NCBI GenBank assembly: GCA_977018835.1
Contig: OZ361258.1
Coordinates: 2,046,001 to 2,110,000 of the forward strand
Length of the DNA: 64,000 nt
Direction: 5' to 3'
Source: Minutocellus sp. GHC0000111
Lineage: Eukaryota
Shown here: piece by piece, positions 8,613 to 20,500 of the stretch
Position numbering within the stretch: position 1 is the stretch's first letter
Layout: every line of letters begins with the position of its first letter
The notes under the pieces: generated by a model
Databases searched by the model: none
What the model was told of the DNA's origin: nothing
What the model saw: only the letters and a program-made list of their open reading frames with translations
Program-made: the position numbers and the translations under genes

Positions 8613-10385
8613 TTAATCCACAGGAAAGCACCGGTATGTAACTTCATCGACAGTAGTAGTAATATTATGAATGGCAATTGTCGAGTTGAGGGGGATGTTG
8701 TCTTCCAATTGGTCCTCAAAGAAAGAGTCGACTCTTTCTTGAATCTTTTCCTCGACCTTCGGTTTGACAAACGCCTGAACAAATAATGCCTTGTGCTGTG
8801 CTTCAGAGTCCCCTCCTTGGTTTCTCCCCCCAAAATCGTTCGGATCATCACCATATTCCCTCTGTTGCCCTCCGTAATCATCGCCTCGTTTGCCGTTCCC
8901 ACCCTGTTCTTTTTGTTTCTGTGCCTCGATGCCAGCATCGATGGCATCTTGAATCGCCTCGGCAACGGGGCCATCAGAAGGAAGATCCCCCGCTTCAATG
9001 GCATCAGCAATGGCTTCTGCAACAGGACCACCCTCACCACCTGGACGGCCTGGACGAGGAGGTGGTGGAGGACGCTGCCTCTTACGCTTTTCCTCCTGGT
9101 TTCTAACAACTACCACCGATGGGACGACGATGGAAGCAACGAGAAGCAATACAACAAAAATAAGAAGAGTAATTCTTGCCCATCGAGGTGGTGGTTGGTG
9201 ACCAGGTAGATGCCAACCAGAATAATGCCACACAGGGACGGCCTCGGCGATGGGGGTTTCTCCGGCTTCAAGGTCCTGGACACGTTCTGCCTGGGTAATC
9301 ACAGCATCAACCGTTGCTTCATTTCCAGAAGACGAATATGGCTGCTGTTCTTCACCAACGATAGCTTTTGGAGCAGCCTTTGTTGCGGCCTCATCAGAGC
9401 GAAAGATAACTTCGTCCGTTTCATGTCTTCCGCTCGATATTGCCTCGTTGCTATTGATTTGAAGCCTGTCGTTTCCAATTTCACTTATGTCATCATCTTC
9501 TGCGATATTGTCATCCAAGATGCCCTCCTCTTCAAGCATGTTATCGATGAACTCAGATAACTCATCCCCGTCGATAGCTCCAGCATCTCCTTGCTTGGTA
9601 GATTCAATGTCAATCGGTTCGATATCAGCAGTCTTTTCTTCTTCCACCGCTTCCATTCGAGGAAATGAGTCACCGCGAAGGCGATCGTTATCGAGAGGGT
9701 CATAATCATTTTCCGAATCTAAAGAAATTTCGCTGGATGGGTATCCTTGGCTTCCACTGATTCTACGCTTCTTTCCAATAACGGCCGGATACTTTTGTCC
9801 AGCAGCTACTGCAGACATTGCTGCTACACCGTTACTTGTAGGCAAGTCCTCATTGTTCTGATGATGCGTTGCCAACGAGAGTAATATGTCAATCTTGGCA
9901 GACATTTCAGCAATTTGTTGTTGTAGCGATAGTAAGCTGGGCTGGTGTTGGCTGTCCCAATCATCAACACTCGGTGAAGAAGAATATGTTGATGGGCTGG
10001 AAGGTATGGCTTTGGATGCAACCGCAGACGCTGGCGACTTCTTCGCTGCTGACGACTTCTTGTTTGTTCTTTGAATGCTGTCCAACAAATCTTCTCTCCC
10101 TTGAATAAAGTAGTCGTGCCGAAATACAACATCCCTTGGCCCTGCGCCTGGCGTAGCAGCATCCTTCCGAAATCCATAAATATTCAATTGCCGAACGAAC
10201 GATTGAAAATTGGCATGTTTGAAGAACCGAGGCAAATGCTCGGCAGCGAACTTTGTTGTGTCCTTGACTACGAAGGCCTTGCCATCGTCGGTCCATGATG
10301 CGACGTGTGGATGCTCGGCCGAGCAACTGTCAATCAAGAGATAGGCCTTTGCAGGAAACGTGTCGGGAAGTATTCGGGGTTCCAT
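8613..10385 (-). CDS. Heat shock factor (HSF) DNA-binding protein with a C-terminal transmembrane segment
   Basis: FPAKAY...WTDDGKAFVV...LPRFFKHANFQSFVRQLNIYGFRK...FRHDYFIQGREDLLDSIQR. Short heptad LQQQIAEMSAKIDILL. Hydrophobic ITLLIFVVLLLVASIVVPSVVVV. ATG at 10385. Confidence 0.85.
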   Translation of the reverse strand: MEPRILPDTFPAKAYLLIDSCSAEHPHVASWTDDGKAFVVKDTTKFAAEHLPRFFKHANFQSFVRQLNIYGFRKDAATPGAGPRDVVFRHDYFIQGREDLLDSIQRTNKKSSAAKKSPASAVASKAIPSSPSTYSSSPSVDDWDSQHQPSLLSLQQQIAEMSAKIDILLSLATHHQNNEDLPTSNGVAAMSAVAAGQKYPAVIGKKRRISGSQGYPSSEISLDSENDYDPLDNDRLRGDSFPRMEAVEEEKTADIEPIDIESTKQGDAGAIDGDELSEFIDNMLEEEGILDDNIAEDDDISEIGNDRLQINSNEAISSGRHETDEVIFRSDEAATKAAPKAIVGEEQQPYSSSGNEATVDAVITQAERVQDLEAGETPIAEAVPVWHYSGWHLPGHQPPPRWARITLLIFVVLLLVASIVVPSVVVVRNQEEKRKRQRPPPPPRPGRPGGEGGPVAEAIADAIEAGDLPSDGPVAEAIQDAIDAGIEAQKQKEQGGNGKRGDDYGGQQREYGDDPNDFGGRNQGGDSEAQHKALFVQAFVKPKVEEKIQERVDSFFEDQLEDNIPLNSTIAIHNITTTVDEVTYRCFPVD

Positions 10386-10567
10386 TGTATTGTATTGTAT
10401 GTACGTTTGTGGTCTAATAGCAGGAGGTGCTATTAATCGCGCGAATGAGATGCGTTCGAAGCTGTCGAAGCTGCTTCCATGCTTCCATCCAAGCAGCAAT
10501 GTTCCAGCAGGTTCTCGACTCGACTCACTCGACTTCCCCCGGTTACTTTTTCCTCTTATTAGTAATC

Positions 10568-10767
10568 NNNNNNNNNNNNNNNNNNNNNNNNNNNNNNNNN
10601 NNNNNNNNNNNNNNNNNNNNNNNNNNNNNNNNNNNNNNNNNNNNNNNNNNNNNNNNNNNNNNNNNNNNNNNNNNNNNNNNNNNNNNNNNNNNNNNNNNNN
10701 NNNNNNNNNNNNNNNNNNNNNNNNNNNNNNNNNNNNNNNNNNNNNNNNNNNNNNNNNNNNNNNNNNN
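10568..10767. other. Assembly gap, 200 N
   Basis: Run of N; contiguity across it is not demonstrated. Confidence 1.
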
Positions 10768-11731
10768 GCAGGCGGCGTTCGCGGTCAGGGGCGTTGTTCA
10801 TGACGCGCTCGCCAATGCGGTGGCCCCCGTTGAGAGTGGCCGCGATCTGGCCGTCCTCGTCGACGGCGGCGGTAGAGCCGCGACGACGACCGGCCGAGGC
10901 GGCACCGGGAGCCAGAGCCAGAGTGGCACCGCCGTTGGCGCGGACCCCGGTGGAACCGAGGGCGTTGTCGAGGCCGGTGGCGACGAGGGCGGCACCGGCA
11001 CGCAAAAGGTGCGACCCCACGTTGGTGAGACGGTAGACAGGGGCCAACCGCTCCTGGCGGACGGCCTCCCGGCGGGCCGAGACGCGGCGGCGGAGCTCGA
11101 GGAGGCCGCCGCGGTTGGGCTCGACGCCGATGAGGACGTCGGCCGCCTCGGCACGGTTGAGGTGGTCCACGACGCCGTGCAGGTGCACGGCGTCAAAGCC
11201 GTGGGTGGTGGAGGAGGGGAGGGGAGGAGGGGGCATCTCGACGAGCGTGCGGTTGTCGGGGTTGAAGGTTAGACGAAGGCCGAAGAAGGAGTCGACAGAC
11301 AGAACACGGAGGTTCTCGTCGACGGTGACGGTGCCGGCACCGGCGGCGGCAGGAGGGGTGCCGTCCACGGCCTCCATGGTGCGGCCCAGCTGAGCCATGA
11401 TCGCGGCCAAGTTGGTAACCTCGGGGTCGGCGCCCAGCTGGTCGATGGTGGTGGTGGTGGAACGCTGACGCTGACGGTAGGCCTGCAGGTCACCGGTACC
11501 GGTGAGATCACGGGTGCCGGTGGTGGTGCCGGTGGGACCGGAGGTGCGGGTGCGAGTGGGAGCCGGGTTGTTGGTGTTGGTGCCGTTGGTGGTACCGGTG
11601 GGACGGGCGGTGGGAGCCGTAGGGTTGGTGCCGTAGGGGCTCTCGCGCGCGGCCCGGCGCTGAGGACGACGACGAGCAGGGGTGCTGCCGTTGGTGGTGT
11701 TGGTGTTGGTATTGGTATTGTCGGAGGACAT
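10768..11731 (-). CDS. Hypothetical protein, Thr/Asn-rich N-terminus, 3' end lost in the gap
   Basis: Open frame from ATG 11731 (MSSDNTNTN...) with strong C/G third-position bias; no family recognised. Confidence 0.5.
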
Positions 11732-12779
11732 GATGATGATGATGATGGTGATGATGAGGTATTGATCTGTTGGATTGGATGGGAAAGAAACAAAATCGTC
11801 AAAGACGGAGATGAAAGATGAAGAAGGAGAAGGGCGGTGAGTGAGTGAGCGAGTGGGGCAGTGCAGATCAATGAAACACAAAGAGAAACAGTTGCCACCG
11901 AATCTGACCAAACATCCGACCGAACCTCCGACCGACCGACCAAATCGATACGAGAATCCACCCACCCCCCACCCCCCACCCCAACAAAAATATCACCGAC
12001 CGACCGACCCCGGCCTCGGCCCGACCGGTCCATCGCCGTCACCGCCACCATCACCAGCAGGACGAGGCAGTCCGAGAACGACCCACCAATTCCCACCCAC
12101 GTCCGAACAGACCCAGCCCAACGAAAAGGTCCAACCCCGACGACAACCCGACGACGCCACCCCACGGCAACTTCGCCGACGGCCACCAGAGTCTGTCTTC
12201 GGCCGAGGACGTCACCGCCACCCGCAGAATCGGGGCAGCCCAACATCAATCCACCCATTCCCACCCACGTCCGAAATCGGACCGACGAACTATCGAACCG
12301 ACGAACGACGGCAACGACCGAACGGAGGCCATACCCCCGCACCCAAACGTCGCCGGCCGGCCGACGAGCGAACCCGAACCCGAGGAGGCGAGGAGGAGGA
12401 GGCAGACCAACACGAGACAGGAGGAGGCAAAGCAATACGATACAGCGGTACATACCTTGTTTGAGAGCTTTCACAAAATTGATATTGTGCGATTTGTGAG
12501 CCCCGAAGGGCCCGCAAAACTGCGGAACCAGCACGTCTCGGAGCCCTCCATCGTGCCGAAATGTGAGGCCGGAGGGCTCGCCGGAGCCCTCTGGTTTCAG
12601 TCAAATGAGTCTCACCTGTCGACTGCAGTCGAACGAGTCGCCGTCGTAATAATAAAAATGATGTAATGATGACGTTCATCGGCTGGCCGGGCGCTTGCCT
12701 CCAATACTAGCTAGTAAAACTTCACCGTTGGCCGAGGCGACTCGACTCGACTGCACAGTTCGTGTCGGATACCGGTACC

Positions 12780-14235
12780 ATGAGCAACCTCCGAGTAGCG
12801 GCATCCTTCCTTGGCAAATACGCCAATGTCGACCTTGGCAGTTGGAGGTGGTCGGAGTTCCTCTATTACGAGGTTTGCCTCAACCCCGCCTTCGACGGAC
12901 TGATCGAGTACCGCGACGGCAAGTTCGTTATTCCCGACCTGGACAAGTTCTTTGCCAAGATCAGGGAGGTGTATCCCGGCCGGTCGGATTGGGATACGAT
13001 GAAGAAGTCCATGAAGGCCAGCGGGTGGGACTGGAGCCAGCCCGACAAGACCAAGAAGTTGTACGAGTTCGTCCACATTTGTGGCTTCGGGGACGGCGAA
13101 ACGATCGAAACCTACGCGAAGAACCATCCCACCAGGAAGGACGTGAAAAAGGTGAGAATGCGACACAACACACACATTACATTCATGTTCTGTATTTATA
13201 TTTTAATTGTAACGTGTCGCAAAGAAAACTAACACACGCACAAACAATTCATTAATTGTCATCACCTTCTCTCTGCAGCGCCGCGCGGAGATCGAGGCCC
13301 AGAAGCAGCAGTCGGACGCTGCTGCGGCTGGCGCTTCGGCCGCCCGTGCCGATGCCGATGCCAGCACCAACGCCATCGTCGTCGGCGGCGGCGACCAGTC
13401 CAACGCCAGCAAGAGACGCCGCCTCGATGGTCCCATTGCTTCCAGCGCCATGGTCTCCGTCCCGGGTGGCGCATCGGCCATGGCCCCTCCGCCCCTCCCG
13501 TTCCTCTCGCACCAGATGGCGACGACTCCCATCGGCATGGACCCTGCTGCCTTTGCCGCTGTCCAAGCTGCTGCCCAAGCTACGATGCAGGCATTCATGC
13601 AGCAGCAGCAGCAGACGCCGGCCAACCTCGTCACACCTCCCTTCGCCAATACTCCCGCCACCGGCAGCGGCAGCAGCAGCGGATCGTCCCCCGTCCCAAC
13701 CGGCCCGGCCCAGCCTGTCATGCCCCCGGCATTGGCCGGCCAGTATCAGCACCAGGAGCAGGAGTCGGCCGGGAATGGACTCGGACTGGGCCAGTCCACC
13801 CTCCAGCCGCACGGCAGCGCTGGCACCACCGACCAGCTCCAGTTCCAGCCGTCCCAGCAGCAGCAGTACCACCACCAGCCAGTCGCCCAGGCCACCACCG
13901 TCGGGCAGTACCAGGTCCAGATCCAGACCCAGCAGCCATCGACGGAGGATGCGGGCACCGTGGCGGAGCCCGGGATGAACATCGGTACCGGTGGTATTGG
14001 TGGCTTTGGTGGTGGTGGTGGCGGAGGCACAATGGCCGGCGGCCATGGGGAGATGGGAAATGTGGGCATCGACGCTGAGTGGGGAGGCGGTGGTACGGGT
14101 GGTGGTGGTGGCGATGGTGGCAGCAGTTATCGTGAAGTCGACGAGGACCCAATGGACGGTTGGACCGACTCGCAGGAGGCTCTTCTTCTCAGTTTGATGT
14201 CTCCGGCCCGCGGCGGCGGTGGAGGGTCCGGCTAG
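12780..14235 (+). CDS. Two-exon gene (12780-13151, 13279-14235): divergent HSF-like winged-helix domain plus Gln/Pro/Gly-rich tail
   Basis: AAG|GTGAGA donor and CTCTCTGCAG| acceptor join ORF 12762..13232 in frame to ORF 13450..14235. The N-terminal pattern parallels the HSF DNA-binding domain. SKRRRL is a candidate NLS. Confidence 0.65.
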
Positions 14236-14588
14236 AGTAGTGGGCCCTACGTGTCTACGTGTATCGAATGCATCACCAAACATCGGTGAATGTGTTGCAT
14301 GAAGAAGTAGTAGTCACCGTAGCTGTCTCAGCGGGCCCGGTCGGAGAGGATGCGCAGAGAGGACAATCGGCAGCAGCAGCGGCCGAGCGGCAGTGGAAGG
14401 TCTATTTCTTTTTTTGTTCAATTGCTATTGGGAATGCAACGCATATTCTACGTTAGATAGATGCTATACAGGGTACAATGTAAAACTACTAAATGAAGAT
14501 ATTTTGGGACATGCATGTACATCTATGCAAACGTTTCGTGCCAGCATTGAGGACCATGATCCGTTTTTGGTTCCTCCGATCGCACCCG

Positions 14589-17500
14589 TCAACCTGATTC
14601 TCCGTCACTCCCCTCGGCGATTGATGTTCTTCGCGATTGATAAGCCGGCCTTTCTCCTGCCTGCATCGTGAAAAGCCGGCTTATCTCGATGCCAAACACC
14701 TGGGCCTCCGCTTCATCCTTGACCTGTTCAGCCTCATCGTGCCTTCTTGTGGACTTTGAGAGAGGAGAGGCGCTCTCGAATGCTGCTGCAGAGAAGCTCT
14801 TGAGACGGCCTTGTCTCATGCCACCGATCCTTCTTCTCCTAAGAGTCCGAGGAGAAAAGGGACGACAGTCGTTCGTGCCGCCACCACTTTCGCACTCACT
14901 GCTCCCGCGATCGCCCATAGATGTAGAAGTGGGTGGTGAACCTGGATCGACGTTGACACTTGTACAGGTGCTGGTACTGCCACCGTCATCGTCGTCCCCC
15001 TCGAACGAATGGAGGGTATTCCCATTGCGGGAGAGTAGATCGTTGGTGAAACGGTCCCTCTGCTTCACGGGCATGTATTGCCATATCGCTTCCAATTCTG
15101 CCTTGCTAACAAGGCAAAGCTCGACGGCACTATCGGACACCGCCGTCTCTTGTCGCACACCAGACTCGCTTGTAATGCAGGACTCTCCAAAGTGATTGCC
15201 AGGTCGGTACAGACTGCCGATGGCATCCCGCTTCCGTCTCAACCTTGCCGCGTTGGCTCTGCCGGCGGCGTCGAGTACTGACGTATCATCGGGCAGAGTG
15301 ATGGACACAACGCCCTTACTGATCAGATACACATCCCACCCTATGTCACCGACGGTGTATATGGTAGATCTTGGTGGACAAACCTGGACTCGAAGGGCGT
15401 GAGCGATGCGCTTCTGCACAATCAGGGGGTAATTTGCAAGAAAGGGCATGCTCTCGATAACGCTTCTCACCACCTCATACGACAAGTCCATCTGCAGAGG
15501 GAGAGGAAGTATACCGAGGAGAGCTTTCTTGTCATCAATGGCAGCCGACCGATCCCACCGATGCCCGTGGTAGGCGAGGATCTCATCTTGAAGGTCCGAT
15601 GGGAAGGTGCGACAGGCCATGTACTTGATGAGGGTCTGATGCTTGAGCTTGAAGGCGTTGGAACCGGCCGTATCGCTTTTGGATAGCCACGCCGAGAAGG
15701 CGCCGATGATGCCAGCGAAGAAACACGCGCCGGTCAGCACCACCACATTCTCGTAGATGGTCTCGAGCGGAGTCACCGGGGAAATGTCTCCATAGCCTAC
15801 CGTTGAGATCGTCGTGATGACCAGATAAAAGGAACGGATGTAGCATGTGGCCATGCTCTCGCTGTTGCAGACATTGTGCTGACCCAACTCATTATCCCAC
15901 GCAGCCAAGCAACCATAGCCGTAGTCGGCGTCAGCGTCAAAACCAGCCCCAGCCCCATAGTCATCGCCGCCGGGACAATCGGTAGTTGCCCAAGTATACC
16001 GTACGTTGCGCTCGATATAACGATGGATGATGAACCATCCACACGCCAGCCAGTGATTGGTCGTGGCATAAAAGAAGAAAATCTTGAAGAGCAGGACGGT
16101 TGCGGCACTTATCCGTATGCCCCGAAAAGTCAGGTAGGAATCGACACGGCCAAGGTAGTCGGGGAGTCTTCTTGCTCGCAGGAAGTGACCAATCCTCAAA
16201 AAGGAGAGACGCTGCAAGAGCGTTCGATTAGGACCGAGCCAAAAGACGAGTACTTCCAGCGGTAGGCACGATACGATATCTAGGACCATGCCATTTGATG
16301 AGTAGTTGGAGGAGATGGATTTTTCGTCCTTAGCCAAGGAACCTTGCTCGATGGTAGCAAAGCATCGACTCCGTAGATACAGATCCACGATGAAGAAGGA
16401 ATCGATGGCAAAATCAACTCCCAGCCAGGTCAATGAACGAGCTCTCATTTCATTTTGATGATCCGGCGACATGTCCTCTGGTACAAAGGCAATCCGATAG
16501 GGGATGCTCACCGCGTAGTAAATCGTAAAGAACAGCGACAGTATATCCCAAATCGTTCTAAACAAGGAGTTGGGGAGAAACATTGCACGAATTGGTCTCG
16601 CCGCTGCAACTAGAGGTTCGTCGGCGTCGATGAGCTTGTTCAGCTTGGACCCTTGGATCCTACTGGCCTCCAGGTTGGACGTCACGGCATCGTTCCGTCG
16701 CCTGTTGCTATCGGCAATGGAAGTAAACACATTCAGCATCCTCGAAAGGTCAAAGCCACGTTGCTTCAGCTCTCGGTCGAGGTCGGTCTTGTCCAGCTGA
16801 TAAACCTCGCAAAACGTGGCCGCTCGAATGGTACTGTTTCGCTTCCGCTTGAAGAAGAGCGACGTCTCACCGAAGAAAGAGCCGCTCATGAGCGTGGCAA
16901 AGATCGTCTTACCGTCTCGAGATACCACCTCAACGGTACCCCGTTCCAAGAAGAACATCTCTTGCCCCATGTCATCGGCGTGGACGAGGATATCGTTGGC
17001 AGAGAAGATGCGCAACTTGAGACAAAGAGTCAAAGCCTTGATGATCTCATCGCTGCAAAAGTCAAAAAAGGGACAATGACGGATGTGTCGTTGTCTGGAT
17101 TTGGTCAGATCAAGTTGGAGAGTGTACGGCAGGGAACGGATGAAGCTGTCGTCGTCGCCGAGCGACATCCCTCGTTCCCCGCCACTAGCATTGTTTTCGA
17201 TTCCCCGTGTCGTCCACAGATAGGTCATGAAATTCTCCACACGTCCTTGCAGGGTCGGACCAAGACGGCTGCGGTGCATAAAGCTCTTGATGGCATCGAG
17301 CCGTTCGATGAACTCGGTGGAATCTGTCTCGAGGTTGGCCACGATGTTGGCGACGTTCCCAATAATGGTGGCAGTGATCGACACGCCGACGACGATCCAA
17401 AGAAAGACGTAGAGAGTTTCGGCACTGGTGATGGGAACCACGTCGCCAATGACCACCACCACCAGCGTCGGGAGGGCCCAGTTGAAGGATCGAATATACA

Positions 17501-20500
17501 GCTGCCACAAATCGCCCCCACCGTTGGTAGCGGGGAGCTTGCCATTCTGAATCTGGCGTTGAATCCAGGTCCCACTCCAAAGACATGCCGTGTGTGCGTC
17601 GGCCCAATCCAAATCGGCAGTGCTACTATCTGCGAGATCTGTGCTTGCTGCACTACTAGTAGTTGTATCGGCGGTGCACAGGGACCAATCATTCTTCCAT
17701 CGGGCAAAGGCAAAGAAGCCGCAGGCAGCCCAATGGGCCACCAAAATGACACCGAGTAGAAATTCCACGAGTCTCATCGGTGCCAGGCTAAGCCTCGTAT
17801 CCTCGAGGGTGCGAAAGATACTGTTCAAAATCTCAGGTAGCCGACCAAGACGAAGAAGTTTGGGCAGTCCCATCAGGGCCATGACAACAAGGAGGGTGGT
17901 GGTTGCCTCTTCTGAATCATTTTGGCGGCCAAGGACGAGATATGTCAGAACATCCAATGGCAAAGATGACACCACGTCGGTCTTGAAGCGCGTTCGGTGG
18001 TAGTGTCGCTTGATGTGCTCTCGTTTCGTTACGAGCTCGCCCTCAAGGACGAGACCAAAGTCGCGATAGTTGAGGACAGAGTCGGCAATGAGACAAATGT
18101 CAAGGGCCCAGTCGATGGAGTAGTATAGTGGACGGGTCAAGAAGGCCAATCGGAATGGTATCGTCCAGGCGTTGTAGCTGTAGATGAGTAACATGATGAT
18201 ATCCCAGATGGTCCGAAATCTGGATGCTCCGGGCAAAAATCTAGCCGTCAGGCCTGGCGATGTCATTGTCACCTCGGCGAGCGTCTCGGAGACGGTTTGA
18301 CGGCAACATTTCGGGAATTCAGTAATGTTGCGGCTGATACTTTTGTTCCGTCGTGTCTTGCGATGGACGGCGTCGGCCACGGCGTTGTCAATATTGTGCC
18401 TTGTGGGTGCCTGATAGGCCGACATGACCTCGTTGTAGTCATCCTTGCTCAAGACGAAGCAATCGCAGTACGTCAGGGCAGTTACGGTGGCAACCCGAAC
18501 CGTCGCACCCAGCAGACAGCTCTCGCCAAAGTAATCTCCCTTGCCAAGAGTGCAGTACGGTATGGACCCGTCCTGTGATGAAACTAATACCTGTCCTCGC
18601 TCAATGAGGAAGAGCTCTGTGCCAATCTCACCCTGCCGAGCAATCACGTCCGAGGGCAGAAACGTCTTGGGCTTGAGAATGGACACAATGAGCTGCTTGG
18701 CCGTATCATCACAGAGGGCAAAGAAGGGGACCGAGTCAATGACGGCCCCATTGACGTGCATTGCAACACGTTGTCGGATGGGTCCAGGCAACTCCTCCAT
18801 GACGGCCTCCTCGTCGACTCCGCCCTGACGACACCAAAGATAGTCGTAGAAACGAAGAACTCGTTGCACCAAGGCTGGGTCCATCCTCGCGTTGCGCATA
18901 TAGGAACGAACTCGGGCCAGCTTGTTCCGGTGGATCTTGACGGCCACATTAAAATTGCCTAAATAGGCGGCGAGGCCACCGACAACAGCTGGGAGGACGA
19001 GACCACCGAGTAGAATGATCAGCGCCGAGAACGTCGTCTCGTAGAGATTGGTGGGCACAATGTCGCCTGCAGTGATTCGAGAGAGTTTGTGGTGGAGAAA
19101 GAAAATTGGATTATGGCAAATGACATTCAATATGATGAGAGAGTGTGCTCGATATTGCGATTTGTGAGGCCATGTTACCTCCCGCTTCCGCCCGTAACCA
19201 GTCTTCGTTCTGCCTCACAGTCGCCCCAAGGAACTTACCGTAACCGACCGTCGACATGCCAACAATCGCCCAGTAAATTGCTCGCAGATATCCCGACCCT
19301 CCCAGATGGTCGTGATCGATTGCCAAGGTCTCGTCGGCCTCGTCGGCATCCCTCCAATTGTCAGCCGCTCCAGCACGGACGGCGAAATCAGCACATGTAT
19401 ACCACAGACAGGCAACCCAATGGCAGACCACGACCATGACAAAGTTGAGCTTGAATACCCGAGTGGCCGACTGATTGAGACCAACCTTGAGATCGGCGAG
19501 GGCTCGTTCCACGCCACGAGTGTATCGGAATATCTTTGGCAGTCGCAGTAGCTTGTTCATTCGGAAGAAGTGACAATAAGAGGACATGGCCGGCACCAGC
19601 AAAAGTACCTCCAATGGAACAGCCGCAATGGCCTCCAGCCCAAGTCGATGGGTTCGGTAAAACTCTTGCCGAATTCGCTCGCTGTCGAAGACGACCAATC
19701 CCTGCTTGAGATAGACAAAGTAGCTGGATGTCAAAATGAGATTAACGAGGAAGAAGACATCGACGACGTAACCACACGAAAACATCACGGCACCACCAGA
19801 AAAGGTTCCCTCCCCTGCCGTCGGCTGAAAGAAGTGCATCATGGATAGTGGCAGCGTCCAGATGTAATATACTACTCCCAATAGCTGAAGGACGGACCAG
19901 AGTCTGCGAAAGGTGCTAGTGGGCAGGCAATGCTTCTTGATTCCTCGAAGCACGACGGCATCCTCGCCCGATCCAAACATCTTATTGACCTTGGCAGAAC
20001 TCTTGGCAAGGGCCAGCGCCGTCTCTCGCATGTGCGCAATGTGAGCATCGTCGCACTGGCTCGCAATAATGTGCTGGAAATCATCTGCGGGGAGCAAAAA
20101 TACTTCGCAAAAGGTCTTGGCTCGAACGTATTGATCGCATACCCTGGGAGCGAACAAGCTCTCCTCGGCAAATCGATCGAAGGACTGCATCTTCCGTTCG
20201 ACGATGGTTTCGCCACCACCATTTCCTTTGTTGTCACCAACCGGCCGGAGTATCTCCACCTCGCCACGAGAAATGAGAAGGGTGCCCTTGATGCGCTGTC
20301 CGGGCTTGAGGATTTCATCGTTGGGCGAGTAGATGTTGAGATTGTACTCGGCACTCTCGGCCAGAGCATTGAGCAGCGCATTGTTGGCCTTGCGAAGGAA
20401 GGGGATGGACGCCACGAGATCTCGGCACATAAAGTTGGCCACCCGCTGCTGCAGCGATCTCGGTAGCTCTCCGAGGATCTGCTCCTCGTCGGCACCCCTG

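Noticed and set aside
11860..12430. CCGA/CGAC-rich repeats as a CRISPR-like array or protein-coding ORFs
   Set aside because: No regular repeat-spacer period, eukaryotic context, and low-complexity translations.
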